Shown: positions 16,939 to 26,674 of the stretch, piece after piece
Numbering within the stretch: position 1 is the first letter of the stretch
How the letters are laid out: every line of letters begins with the position of its first letter
Source of the DNA: Bacteroidales bacterium UBA6360
GTDB lineage: Bacteria > Bacteroidota > Bacteroidia > Bacteroidales > UBA932
Direction: 5' to 3'
Length of the DNA stretch: 64,000 nucleotides
NCBI GenBank assembly: GCA_002440085.1
Contig: DJRM01000046.1
Coordinates: 10,934 to 74,933 of the forward strand
Position numbers and translations under genes: made by a program
Notes under the pieces: model-generated
Told to the model about the DNA's origin: nothing
Database searches by the model: none
Seen by the model: only the letters and a program-made list of their open reading frames with translations

Positions 16939-18537
16939 TTATATCATCGCTATTCTCGCCTCAAACTCATCCTTCGGGCAGAGAGCGGAGCGTTTCAGAC
17001 GCGTGCGGTAGGTGTAGACCGTATTGGGCGAACACTTGAGGAACTTGGCAATCTTTCCGCTCTCGGTGACGCCGATTCGGATGGCGGCCAGTATGCGGAG
17101 TTCCTTCGGGAGCCTCCTGCCGTCCTCAAGGACAAAGCGGCAGTCTTCCGAGAGGAGTTCGTTGACCTTTTCGACAAAGTCCGGATAGAGCCCGAGGAAA
17201 GTCTCGTCAAAGATGCGGTAGTAGTCCTCGTATTCTCCGTACATCGCTGACGGAGAACGCAGCGACTTCATCACGGCGTCGAAGCCTTCCGTCTTCCCGA
17301 GAGAGCGGAGTTCGTTGCGGGTCTCACCGATGCGGTCTATGTAGTGGAGCGAAAGATCCATGTAACGGAACACATAGCCGTTCTTGATTTTGTTCGCGTC
17401 GATGAGCTGCCTGTTCGTTTCCTCAAGGCCGCGCTGCAGACGGATTCCGCGCTGAAAGAGGATGAAGATGAGGACAAGAAGCAGAAAGACGAATCCGGAG
17501 CCTGCCGTAAGCCAGATGAAACGGGCACGTTCGACACGGCGGGAAGCCTCCGTGATGATGAGCTTGGCCTTTCCTGAGTTGAGCAGCCGCTTGCTGAAGT
17601 TGCCGGCAATCACGTCCATGAGGTTCTGGCTGATGTACTGCTCGGACTTGCTGTACTGCCGGCGGTCGTAGAGCATTAGAGCAAGTTCGTAAAGCGACAT
17701 GTAGCCCCGCTCCGCCGCCATAAAGTCCTGCTGCGCGCTGCGGACAAGCCAGTCGAAACGGAGTTCTTCCTCGCCGGCAGTCTCGTATATTTTCGCGATG
17801 CTGTAGGCGGCCGATGCCTTTGAATGGTGTTCTTCCTCTTCTTCGTAGAGACGTCCGAAGGCGTCAAGCGCAGCCCGCGTTTCCCCGGCGTCACGCAGCA
17901 GCTGGGCCTTCACCCTCCGGGCATAAAAGGATGTGGAGTCGATGCCGAGGTAGCGACGGCGTGTCTGCTCGACGATGCCTTCACAGTGCTCCGCCTCGGC
18001 TCCTGAGCCGGCATCCGAGGCGAGTTCCGAGTACAGCACCATCCGGCAGCTGAGCCAGTCACGGAGAAACGGGCCTCCGTTCAGAACTGAAGTGTCCGTG
18101 TCGAGAAACATTCGTTCGGCAAGCGAGTTCTCATTTTTGTCAAGCAGGATGCGAACCTTGGCCATACGCGACAACAGCTCCTGACGGGGATCCGAGGCGA
18201 GTGTCTCCATCAGATGCTGATAGCGGAACACCGTGTCGCGGCTGTAGTGATTGCTGCAGAGACAGATTTTCCGTGCGGTTTCCCATTTGAGAGAGTCAGT
18301 CGGAGCAGACTCGAAGACCCGTCCAAGCGTCACGATGCGCCGCTCCACAGAGTCCCGGTACTCGTTCTGACGGGCAATCACCGCATCAAGGTCCTTAAGC
18401 CTCGCGTCATAGCCTCCGCAGGAGACCAGCACAGGCGGCACCGCAAACAGCAATGCAAGGCAGACCGAACGGAAGAACCGGCGGCAAAGGCGTCCGGTCC
18501 GGCATGCGGATTCCAGCATATCTGATAATTTCATCAT
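16939..18537 (-). CDS. SusR/DUF6377-like membrane-anchored transcriptional regulator
   Basis: Helical TPR-like N-terminal region, one TM segment (FIWLTAG...FILF), then FDETFLGLYPDFVEKVN and a C-terminal HTH-like ELRILAAIRIGVTES.KIAKFL..SPNTVYTYR. Confidence 0.82.
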   Translation of the reverse strand: MMKLSDMLESACRTGRLCRRFFRSVCLALLFAVPPVLVSCGGYDARLKDLDAVIARQNEYRDSVERRIVTLGRVFESAPTDSLKWETARKICLCSNHYSRDTVFRYQHLMETLASDPRQELLSRMAKVRILLDKNENSLAERMFLDTDTSVLNGGPFLRDWLSCRMVLYSELASDAGSGAEAEHCEGIVEQTRRRYLGIDSTSFYARRVKAQLLRDAGETRAALDAFGRLYEEEEEHHSKASAAYSIAKIYETAGEEELRFDWLVRSAQQDFMAAERGYMSLYELALMLYDRRQYSKSEQYISQNLMDVIAGNFSKRLLNSGKAKLIITEASRRVERARFIWLTAGSGFVFLLLVLIFILFQRGIRLQRGLEETNRQLIDANKIKNGYVFRYMDLSLHYIDRIGETRNELRSLGKTEGFDAVMKSLRSPSAMYGEYEDYYRIFDETFLGLYPDFVEKVNELLSEDCRFVLEDGRRLPKELRILAAIRIGVTESGKIAKFLKCSPNTVYTYRTRLKRSALCPKDEFEARIAMI

Positions 18538-18712
18538 GTCTTTAACTTATTTCCCACACGTCATGTCCGCCTCGGCGAAACGCGCCCGAAAAATGAAGGC
18601 GCGTCAAATTTAGTCAATTTGTCCGATTATTCAACAATCTGCCTCCGCATTCGGGGCAACCGTGCCTCTTATAATATATAAATAGGTATAATTTTAAAAA
18701 ATTAAAACATGC

Positions 18713-18822
18713 ATATGTTTCAAAATACGTATCAATATGTTTCAAATTAGAAATTTACGCACCCCCCCCCAGCCACTTTTTCTGAAAATGTTTCGAAAAA
18801 TTAAAATTTGTAATTAACTTTG
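18713..18822 (+). promoter_or_regulatory. Pilus operon promoter region: direct repeats, C9 tract and -7 motif
   Basis: ATATGTTTCAAA at 18713-18724 and 18735-18746, AAATGTTTCGAA at 18786-18797, C9 at 18762-18770, TAACTTTG at 18815-18822. The divergent regulator has TAAATTTG at 18605-18612 on the minus strand. Confidence 0.6.
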
Positions 18823-18995
18823 TACTGCAAAATCAAGCGGACAGAAAACATTTTAGCCGACAGACTCATTGTCTGGCCGGCAGGGGTGTTTCGGACATGA
18901 GGGGCTGCTGATTGATGTTTTTGAGAGTGTAGGCGCCGTGGAAAGAGAAAGGCGCATTTTTCCGCCGGAATGGCGGCAGTTGGTTGTTGTGTTTT

Positions 18996-20327
18996 ATGAG
19001 ATATTGGGTCTGTCTGATATTGACGAACATGATGTTTTTGTGTGCCGGTGAGACGCTCGCGCAGAATCGGGAGCCGCACGGGAGCCCGGAACTTGTTTCC
19101 GAAGCTCCGGGCAGGCAACCGCACGCATATCGGCTCTACTACAGGTGGGACGAGGTTGACATCGACCGCTGCTATCTCAACAATTCCGAAAACATCGATC
19201 AGATAGTCAGCCATCTGCAGCTCTCACAGAAAATAGACAGCATCGCGATATATTCCTACGCATCCCCAGAAGGAGTCTACGAGCACAACGCCGCTCTCGC
19301 ATCGGCCCGTGCACGGGCAGCAAGGCGCTTCATCATGGAGAATCTCCCCAAAGGCAAAGAACTTGACATGCGGAACATTTCGCTGCACCCGGTTGCCGAA
19401 AACTGGGACGGTCTGCGCGAGGCCGTCGACAGGGGCTATCACCGCTGGGACAGAAAGAGAGTAATCTCCATCCTCGAAGACAGGACAATCTCCGATGCCA
19501 CGAGAAAGTGGCGTCTGCAACGGCTCGACGGCGGCATAAGCTGGAAATGGATGAGGATACACCTTATGCCGGAACTTCGTCTGGCCACATGGATATGCGT
19601 CTGGGAATCCGTCCGCCCCGATGTCCCGTCAGCGCCGCTGCTCCCCGTCGATGTCCTCGATGACGAAACATTCGACTTCGGTGAAGAAGAATATATCCCC
19701 GAGGAAGAAGATATAATCACAAACGAGTTCATCGAAACGGAGAGGATTGACGTCGCTCCGATGAAATACAGGGCACGTAAGCATTGGTACCCGGCGGTGA
19801 AGACCAATCTGCTCTATGACGCCGTCACTGCGGTGAACGCGGAGGTGGAATTTCCGATCGGCCGCCGCTGTTCGATAACTGTAGAGGACGTCTTCCCTTG
19901 GTGGTCATGGGGCCCGAATGACAGGAAATACTGCTTCCAGCTGTTGTCGATAGGCTTCGAGCCACGCTGGTGGTTCATCAGAGACGACAAAAAGGACTAT
20001 CTCAGCGGGCATTTTCTCGGCGTCTATGGAATGTCGGGGAAATATGATTTCCAATGGGACACGAGACTCTGCTACCAGGGCGAATACTGGTCTGCCGGGC
20101 TGACCTACGGCTACTCGATGCCGGTCTGCAAGTGGATGAATATGGAATTTTCCGTCTCCGCAGGCTATCTCCACAGCGACTACCGACACTATCAGCCGTC
20201 CGAGGACTACGAACATCTCTGGCGCGATAGGTCGAAGGTCGGCAAAATTTCGTGGTTCGGCCCGACAAAGGCAAAGATTTCATTGGTGATACCTATAGGC
20301 AGGGACTCGCACAACAGAAAAAGATAG
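18996..20327 (+). CDS. DUF3575-type outer-membrane beta-barrel protein with an N-terminal OmpA-like domain (pilus-locus associated)
   Basis: YASPEG..HN..LA..RA and ENWDGL in the N-terminal half; AVKTNLLYDA...NAEVE and WFGPTKAKISLV in the C-terminal half. Confidence 0.8.
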   Translation: MRYWVCLILTNMMFLCAGETLAQNREPHGSPELVSEAPGRQPHAYRLYYRWDEVDIDRCYLNNSENIDQIVSHLQLSQKIDSIAIYSYASPEGVYEHNAALASARARAARRFIMENLPKGKELDMRNISLHPVAENWDGLREAVDRGYHRWDRKRVISILEDRTISDATRKWRLQRLDGGISWKWMRIHLMPELRLATWICVWESVRPDVPSAPLLPVDVLDDETFDFGEEEYIPEEEDIITNEFIETERIDVAPMKYRARKHWYPAVKTNLLYDAVTAVNAEVEFPIGRRCSITVEDVFPWWSWGPNDRKYCFQLLSIGFEPRWWFIRDDKKDYLSGHFLGVYGMSGKYDFQWDTRLCYQGEYWSAGLTYGYSMPVCKWMNMEFSVSAGYLHSDYRHYQPSEDYEHLWRDRSKVGKISWFGPTKAKISLVIPIGRDSHNRKR

Positions 20328-20371
20328 ATAATTGTTGCCGGACCGTTTATACGGACGGAGTGAAAAAGGAC

Positions 20372-21412
20372 ATGAGATTGAACACAAACATACGATGGAG
20401 AGCGGCTTCTGGCAGCCTGTGGGCTACCGTGGCGGTGCTGTGTGCCGTGTTCATCGCAACGTCCTGCCACCGCCGCCCTCTTGATGAACCCGACTACAGA
20501 ACGTCCGTCAGGGTCGCGGTCAACACGGACGGCATCCGGAACGTCACCTGCGACATCTACAACGACAGGATTCCTGTGCAGAAAATCGAGCCGGAGGTGA
20601 TGCACGTCATATTCTTCGACGCGGCGACGGGAAAATACGTCACTGAAGACTTCCTTCAGAACGTCAGCACAGCGGCTGACGGGCGCAGGGTCGTCAGCGG
20701 AGAGGTCTACCTCGGCCCGGGCAGCTACAGGATGCTTGCCTACGACTTCGGTACGGAGGAGACCAAACTCAGGGATTACCACGACTATGCCAAGGCCTGT
20801 GCATTCACTGACCCGGCCCCGTCCAATGTCCTCACTCGCTTCAGCACCAAGGGCGGAGAAGAGCCGAACATCCTGATGGAGCCGGAACATCTTGAGGTCG
20901 CGAGCCGGGAACTTGAGGTTATCCCCTACCACGACGACCCCTGGACAATCTCGGCGGACGCGCATTCGGTCGTGGAGAGCTGGTATGTTCAGGTCCGTGT
21001 CGACGGCATCGAGTGGGTGAACTCGGCGCAGGCAGTCCTCTCCGGGATGGCTGGGGCGAGTCTCATAGCCACGGACACTAAGGTGAACGAGCCTGAAGCA
21101 TCCGTGTGGTTCACGCTCAAGAAAAGCGAGGACAATGGCGAGGCTGTAGTGTGCGCGGTGTTCAACACTTTCGGGCGCATCCCGAATGCAAGCGGCAATC
21201 TGCAGATAACCTTCGACGTGTCAACAGTCGACAAGAAGACTATCCGCAAGACTTTCGACATCACGGACTTGTTCCAGACCGAGAACGCTCTCAGGCACAA
21301 CTGGCTGCTCATTGACGAGACAATCAAGGTCGAGCCCCCGAAGAGCAGCGGCGGAGCCTTCGACCCGAAGATTGACGACTGGGACGAGGAGCACAGGGAC
21401 ATTGACATATAA
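20372..21412 (+). CDS. DUF5119-like lipoprotein (pilus anchor/accessory)
   Basis: ATS-CHRRPL lipobox; C-terminal GGAFDPKIDDWDEEHRDIDI. Confidence 0.7.
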   Translation: MRLNTNIRWRAASGSLWATVAVLCAVFIATSCHRRPLDEPDYRTSVRVAVNTDGIRNVTCDIYNDRIPVQKIEPEVMHVIFFDAATGKYVTEDFLQNVSTAADGRRVVSGEVYLGPGSYRMLAYDFGTEETKLRDYHDYAKACAFTDPAPSNVLTRFSTKGGEEPNILMEPEHLEVASRELEVIPYHDDPWTISADAHSVVESWYVQVRVDGIEWVNSAQAVLSGMAGASLIATDTKVNEPEASVWFTLKKSEDNGEAVVCAVFNTFGRIPNASGNLQITFDVSTVDKKTIRKTFDITDLFQTENALRHNWLLIDETIKVEPPKSSGGAFDPKIDDWDEEHRDIDI

Positions 21413-21498
21413 CGGTGGCGCGGATGCCGCAAATTCCGCAAAAACAACAGGTTGACAAAACAATTTTTTATTTTAATAATTTTAATTTTTTAACAATT

Positions 21499-22590
21499 AT
21501 GAAAAAGTACATTTTCTTTTTCGCGGCAGCCGCAGCACTTGCGGCCTGCTCCAAGAACGAGGTGACTCCGGACTTCTCAAATGAGAACGCTGAAATCGCC
21601 TACAACGTGGCGCCTAAGACAAAGGCACCGGCAAGCAACCAGAAAGAGTTCTCTGAAAACAATGTGTTCGCTTCATGGGCCTACTATCTCCCCAACGGCA
21701 AGAACTGGGACGCCAATCTCTCAGATGCACAGCTATACATCAAAGAATCAACGATTTCGCATCAGACGGACGACACATGGAAAGAGACCGGAAAAACGTA
21801 TTACTGGCCAAAGGGAGGTAAGCTGACATTCTTCGCCTATTCGCTTAACAAGGATAACCTCGACCTTGTTACGGGGACATCCAACAGTCACGTGACAATT
21901 GCAAATGCAACTGACTGCTATGGAATTACTGCCTTGATTGACCTGGACGAAAATAAGAACACCGATTTCCTCGTTGCGGACATCGCCAAGGATCAGTTCC
22001 AGAATACAGACAAGGCCTATTTTCGTGTAGGTGTGCCTACGCTTTTCAAGCACAAGTTCTCCAGAGTCGGGTTCCAGGTGAAGAAAGCCGAAGACTATGC
22101 CGACAAGAAGTTCACGCTGAACTCAATCAAGTTCAACAAGCTCAGCCATGCGGCCAATTATGCCCAGTCTCAGGATGCGAACAAGACCGGCGCAACAGAT
22201 GGAAAGAATGAGGAATATATTCTTGCAAGCGGAACGAGGACGACACAAATCTATACTGAGACCGGTTTAGACATAACTTCGACTGAATATACTGCCGTCC
22301 CTGAAGCAAACGAAGACCGTTACATCTATATTCCTCAGGACTTCAAGGGTGTCACCGAGGCCGACAAGATTGCAACGGTCGAAGTGAAATACACCGTGAC
22401 TACAACCGTTGACGGCAACGCTGTAGATGATGTCTGCACGGCTATCATAAATGTGAAGGACTACTTCGACTCCTGGGAAATGGGAAAGAAGTATATTTTC
22501 AGACTCAACTTCAGCCTCAATGAGGTTCTTTGGGATCCGGCTACCGAAGACTGGGAAGACGTGGCTTCAACAGACATCGAAATCAAGTAG
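21499..22590 (+). CDS. Fimbrillin family lipoprotein, probable major (stalk) pilin
   Basis: LAA-CSKNE lipobox, TKA site, YYWP..GKLTFFAY, LFKHKFSRVGF and the C-terminal donor strand WEMGKKYIF...EDW. It has an AT-rich leader and a downstream hairpin. Confidence 0.8.
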   Translation: MKKYIFFFAAAAALAACSKNEVTPDFSNENAEIAYNVAPKTKAPASNQKEFSENNVFASWAYYLPNGKNWDANLSDAQLYIKESTISHQTDDTWKETGKTYYWPKGGKLTFFAYSLNKDNLDLVTGTSNSHVTIANATDCYGITALIDLDENKNTDFLVADIAKDQFQNTDKAYFRVGVPTLFKHKFSRVGFQVKKAEDYADKKFTLNSIKFNKLSHAANYAQSQDANKTGATDGKNEEYILASGTRTTQIYTETGLDITSTEYTAVPEANEDRYIYIPQDFKGVTEADKIATVEVKYTVTTTVDGNAVDDVCTAIINVKDYFDSWEMGKKYIFRLNFSLNEVLWDPATEDWEDVASTDIEIK

Positions 22591-22606
22591 TTTCCAACTG
22601 CAACAT

Positions 22607-22640
22607 CAACCCCTCGGGAGGTGAAACTCCCCGTGGGTTC
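22607..22640 (+). terminator. Intra-operon stem-loop after the putative major pilin
   Basis: AACCCCTCGGGAG-GTGAAA-CTCCCCGTGGGTT imperfect hairpin without a long T run. Confidence 0.45.
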
Positions 22641-22655
22641 CAAAACAGAAAAGGC

Positions 22656-23867
22656 ATGAGATTTTCAGGAAGCATACCAGCAACGGAGCGCACGGCAAGG
22701 CGTTTTCGGCAGGCAGCCGTTTCAGTTGTCGCCGTCTCGGCCGCTGCAGCCGCCATCGCGACCGGCTGCGTCAGAAACGAACTGGCGGACGGGGCGAACG
22801 GTGGTGAAGCGTCCACTGAGATATGCTTCAGCCTCACGCCTGTGAAGACGGGCACCAAGGCCGCCACATTCTCCACATTCCCGGCGGACTCGGCTTTCGG
22901 CACCATCGCATGGTACCTTCCGCGCGACAAGACCTGGAGGGACAACAGCGACGAGGCCGTGCTCTACATCGGGCATGAAAAGATTTCATGCGGCGGAGGG
23001 GTCTGGAAAGCATGGGAATCGGGGCAGACCTACTGGTGGCCCGAGGGCGGACAACTGACATTCTTCTCCTGGGCGCCATACTGCCTGAAAGACGACAGCC
23101 GATTCAGCCTTGACCGGGACAACGGTGGCCTCGTCATCCGCAACTGGACCGTCGAGCCGACACCCGGCTACGGAGCGGACGCAGTCTACGGCACGGCAGG
23201 GGCTGCCTCGTCCAAGAAATGCGTCGACCTGCTCACGGCCCGCTCGACCGACCTTTCCGGCAACAGCGCAAACACGTGGAGCGTGGCTGACGGCACGGCA
23301 TTTTCTGGCTACGGCGCCAAGATTCAGTTCAGGCACGCGCTGTGCCGGGTCAGTTTCGTGATTTCCCTCGACTATGCTCCGGAAGACGGCGCAAAATGGT
23401 TCGTCGAGAACGTCTCCCTGCAGGACATCTACACCTGCGGGACATTCAGGGCGAATTCCTGGGTTGAATATGCTGCCTCAAGCATCAGCGATTACAGTGT
23501 CTCGTTCGTGACATCCGACACCCCGGACGGCCTGGAAGTCACGGCAGCGGAAAGCAAGACTCTGTTCCCGAAGACAATGATGATTCCGCAGCCGCTCACC
23601 TCATCAACATCCGGAACACTGACAAGAACTCCAAGGATCACGATAGCAGTCTGGAAGAAAGGCAGTTACGACTCCTCAGGCAAAAAAGACATCCAGTACC
23701 TGACCGGACTTCTGTACAGCAACACGACCGAACGCATCCGCTGGGGAGAGGGAACCGACATCACCTATCACGTCTACATCGCCACCGGCGCGGAAAACTA
23801 CATCGACTTCGACGCGTCCGTCGGCGGATGGAGTACAGGAGGCAACTCCGACATAGAAATGAAATAG
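22656..23867 (+). CDS. Fimbrillin family lipoprotein (minor pilin)
   Basis: ATG-CVRNE lipobox, TKA, YWWPEGGQLTFFSW, FRHALCRVSF and C-terminal FDASVGGW. Confidence 0.78.
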   Translation: MRFSGSIPATERTARRFRQAAVSVVAVSAAAAAIATGCVRNELADGANGGEASTEICFSLTPVKTGTKAATFSTFPADSAFGTIAWYLPRDKTWRDNSDEAVLYIGHEKISCGGGVWKAWESGQTYWWPEGGQLTFFSWAPYCLKDDSRFSLDRDNGGLVIRNWTVEPTPGYGADAVYGTAGAASSKKCVDLLTARSTDLSGNSANTWSVADGTAFSGYGAKIQFRHALCRVSFVISLDYAPEDGAKWFVENVSLQDIYTCGTFRANSWVEYAASSISDYSVSFVTSDTPDGLEVTAAESKTLFPKTMMIPQPLTSSTSGTLTRTPRITIAVWKKGSYDSSGKKDIQYLTGLLYSNTTERIRWGEGTDITYHVYIATGAENYIDFDASVGGWSTGGNSDIEMK

Positions 23868-23876
23868 GCAGGCTCT

Positions 23877-24968
23877 ATGGCAATGAACATGAATATATGG
23901 AATACAAAAGCGGCGCTTCACGGCATCGCGGTGCTGCTCGCGGTCTCATCCATTCTGCTTTCAGGCGGGTGCTCCAAACGTGCTGTCGCCATTGACGTTC
24001 CCGGGAACGAAGGAGAGTTCATTTCATTCACGGGCCTTGCCACGAAGTCCGGAGCAGGCGACTCAATCACCGACACGGACTCCGAGATGCGGACAAGGCC
24101 GTTCGGAATTTTCGGGCACAAGAGAATTGAAGAGAGCGACAGCCCGTCGAATGTGTTCATCAGCACGGCCGCACAGGAAGTCGGATGGGGAACGGAAGGC
24201 AGCGGAGCCGATGCGCGGCAATGCTGGACATACACGCCGAAAAGGAAGTGGGAAATGGCGATGCGCTACAGTTTCAGAGCATACTGGCCCTACGACGCGG
24301 GAATCAACCCGGCTTCCGACGCGAAGAGGCTCGCCATCGAATACAAGGCCACTACCGAAGACTACGACCTGCTCGTCGCCTACGCCACAAGGTACCCACA
24401 GGAAGACGCCGAAGGCATAAGCGCGGTGACGATGAATTTCCGCCATGCGCTTTCCGGACTCCGATTCAGGATACGCTACAAGAATGACGCGAGCACGAGC
24501 GGGCTCACCGACTATGTGAACTCCTTCCATCTCAAGGGGCTCTACACCGTCGGAACCCTCGAATACGGTCAGTTCAGCGACACCGACGATGTGGAAAAGA
24601 TTGCCTGGTACAAGCAGGAGAACACCTTCGACAGCACGGGCGAGCTCTACACATGGAGCGGACATGAACGCTTCCACTCGGCGGAGAACGCCACGGACAC
24701 GGACGAAACCGCGTCTGTCTTTGACGGGGAGGACAAGGTGGTCTTTGTCATCCCGCAGACACTTTCCTCCGGGAAAGGGCCGACGACCGCCAACTTCTAC
24801 ACCGACAACGGAGGAGACGCTCTCCACTCCGTCACCCTCCCTACTACGGAGCTTGAAGTCGGGAAAATCTACACATTCACGTTCATCATCCACAGTTCAT
24901 ACGTCACAATCAGCATCGACATCGCCGAGTGGGACGAAATCCAGTCGAACGTTGACATAAACCTGTAA
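23877..24968 (+). CDS. Fimbrillin family lipoprotein (minor pilin)
   Basis: SGG-CSK lipobox, TKS, WTYTPKRKW...YSFRAYWPY, FRHALSGLRF and GKIYTF...IAEWD. Confidence 0.78.
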   Translation: MAMNMNIWNTKAALHGIAVLLAVSSILLSGGCSKRAVAIDVPGNEGEFISFTGLATKSGAGDSITDTDSEMRTRPFGIFGHKRIEESDSPSNVFISTAAQEVGWGTEGSGADARQCWTYTPKRKWEMAMRYSFRAYWPYDAGINPASDAKRLAIEYKATTEDYDLLVAYATRYPQEDAEGISAVTMNFRHALSGLRFRIRYKNDASTSGLTDYVNSFHLKGLYTVGTLEYGQFSDTDDVEKIAWYKQENTFDSTGELYTWSGHERFHSAENATDTDETASVFDGEDKVVFVIPQTLSSGKGPTTANFYTDNGGDALHSVTLPTTELEVGKIYTFTFIIHSSYVTISIDIAEWDEIQSNVDINL

Positions 24969-24974
24969 AGAACA

Positions 24975-26606
24975 ATGAGAACACACGGAATCATACAGTC
25001 TATGGCCGCACTCCTGCTCTGCGCAGCCGCGTGCGGAAAGGCAGACGGGCTTACGGACACCGACAGCGGCACGGGAAACGTCGTGCTCAGCATCGGCAGC
25101 GCCCCGGAAGTCACGGTGACAAAGGCCGTGACTCGGACCGCGAAGGACGGCAACGTGATGAACGTTCTCAGCGTCTGGATTGTGAACAGGGAAAGCGGAG
25201 AGATTCTCGTGCACGAGCATCTGCTGCCAAAGGGGCTCACAGCAGGAGGCGAAGAGGAAGCGGGCGGAAACAACTCAACTTCAGCCGCACTGGACTATAT
25301 ACGCTTCGCGGAAGACGGCAAATCCGCTGAAATGAAGTTCGTGGACATCCCGAGAGGTAACTGCACGCTCTATGCGGTCGCCAACTGCACATCGCTTGAC
25401 GACGGGGAATATGTAGTCGGAGCCACGATTGACGACGCTTTCAGAAACTTGATCCTGAAAGAAACCGTCGAGTCCGGAAAGGCTCCCGCCTATGACAACG
25501 AAAACGGAATGCCATGCTCCGCAGTAGTGGACTTTTCCATCAGTGCCGGCGAGAACAAGGTCTCGGCACAGATGCTCCGCTGCGTGGGCAGACTCACGAT
25601 TGCTGTTCGCAACAACATCGCGGAGAGCTCATTGTTTTTCAAGGAAGTCGGGCTGTCCGCACAGAACCCGACAAACGCATACGTATTCGAGCATGACGGC
25701 GGTGAGATTCCGGCAAGTTCACGCGACGTCGCGTTTCCGGAACTCGCTGAAATGAAGCGAGTTGACGCAATGACCACCGACCCGGTCACAATCTACGACA
25801 CCTATCTCTATGAGACAAGTCCGGAGTCATCCTCTCCTCAAAGTTTCACATTCTCCCTGTTCGGTGCGGTCTACAGGAAAACCGCTGTCACAGAAGACGT
25901 TAAGATAGGATACAGACAGGAATACAACTTCGCTGCCAACATTTCGTCCGGAGCAACCACAAGCGACATGTTCGTGCTGCGTTCGGCCGCATCCGGGAAC
26001 TATTACATCGGAGACACGGACGGCCGCCTCGTCTACAGGTTCTTCTCCGGAGACACTGAACTTCGCCACCACAAGGACATAGAGAACTACTTCTGGAGGT
26101 TCAGCGGCTCCACATACTCTACCATAACCAATGTCGGGACGGGCAGGCAGATCCGCCTCTCCGGCGAGACGGTGTCCATGGTCGAGGCCGGTCAGGGATC
26201 GACGTTCAGCATCAACTCCGGAGACACGGTTTCCGGCGGCACCGGAACAAGCAACGGTCTGCGGTTCAGAACCGGAGGCTACGACCTCACGATAGCGACC
26301 GAATACGGCATCTTGGGAACCACCGACAGGCCGAACAGCCTTGAAACGCACTGGATTCTCCGTAAGGTCACAGAAGGCGCGGCCGCAACCATCCCCTATT
26401 TCATCGGTGCCGAATACGAGATTCCGAAAGTCGACAGGACAATGACCTATATTGACGGATTCGGTATAGCGCGAGAGCTCAACCATATCGCCCGAAACGA
26501 ACACGTCCGGCTCAACATCGGAATATTCTACAACCGCGAGTTCGCTCAATTTGACTTTGAAGTGGAAGAATGGCGGGAGAAGGAAAGCGAAACCACGTTT
26601 GACTGA
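24975..26606 (+). CDS. Pilin-like lipoprotein with an inserted domain
   Basis: AAA-CGK lipobox, TKA/TRT, LYAVAN, MLRCVGRLTI and C-terminal IARNEHVRL...FEVEEW. Confidence 0.7.
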   Translation: MRTHGIIQSMAALLLCAAACGKADGLTDTDSGTGNVVLSIGSAPEVTVTKAVTRTAKDGNVMNVLSVWIVNRESGEILVHEHLLPKGLTAGGEEEAGGNNSTSAALDYIRFAEDGKSAEMKFVDIPRGNCTLYAVANCTSLDDGEYVVGATIDDAFRNLILKETVESGKAPAYDNENGMPCSAVVDFSISAGENKVSAQMLRCVGRLTIAVRNNIAESSLFFKEVGLSAQNPTNAYVFEHDGGEIPASSRDVAFPELAEMKRVDAMTTDPVTIYDTYLYETSPESSSPQSFTFSLFGAVYRKTAVTEDVKIGYRQEYNFAANISSGATTSDMFVLRSAASGNYYIGDTDGRLVYRFFSGDTELRHHKDIENYFWRFSGSTYSTITNVGTGRQIRLSGETVSMVEAGQGSTFSINSGDTVSGGTGTSNGLRFRTGGYDLTIATEYGILGTTDRPNSLETHWILRKVTEGAAATIPYFIGAEYEIPKVDRTMTYIDGFGIARELNHIARNEHVRLNIGIFYNREFAQFDFEVEEWREKESETTFD

Positions 26607-26674
26607 CACGGAACGATATGAATCGGCAGAAACTTGACACTCTGTTATTTTGATATACTAAGAAACCTTCAAAA

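Noticed and set aside
18540..18995. Invertible promoter controlling the pilus operon
   Set aside because: I saw no flanking inverted-repeat pair around the -7 motif and no recombinase nearby.
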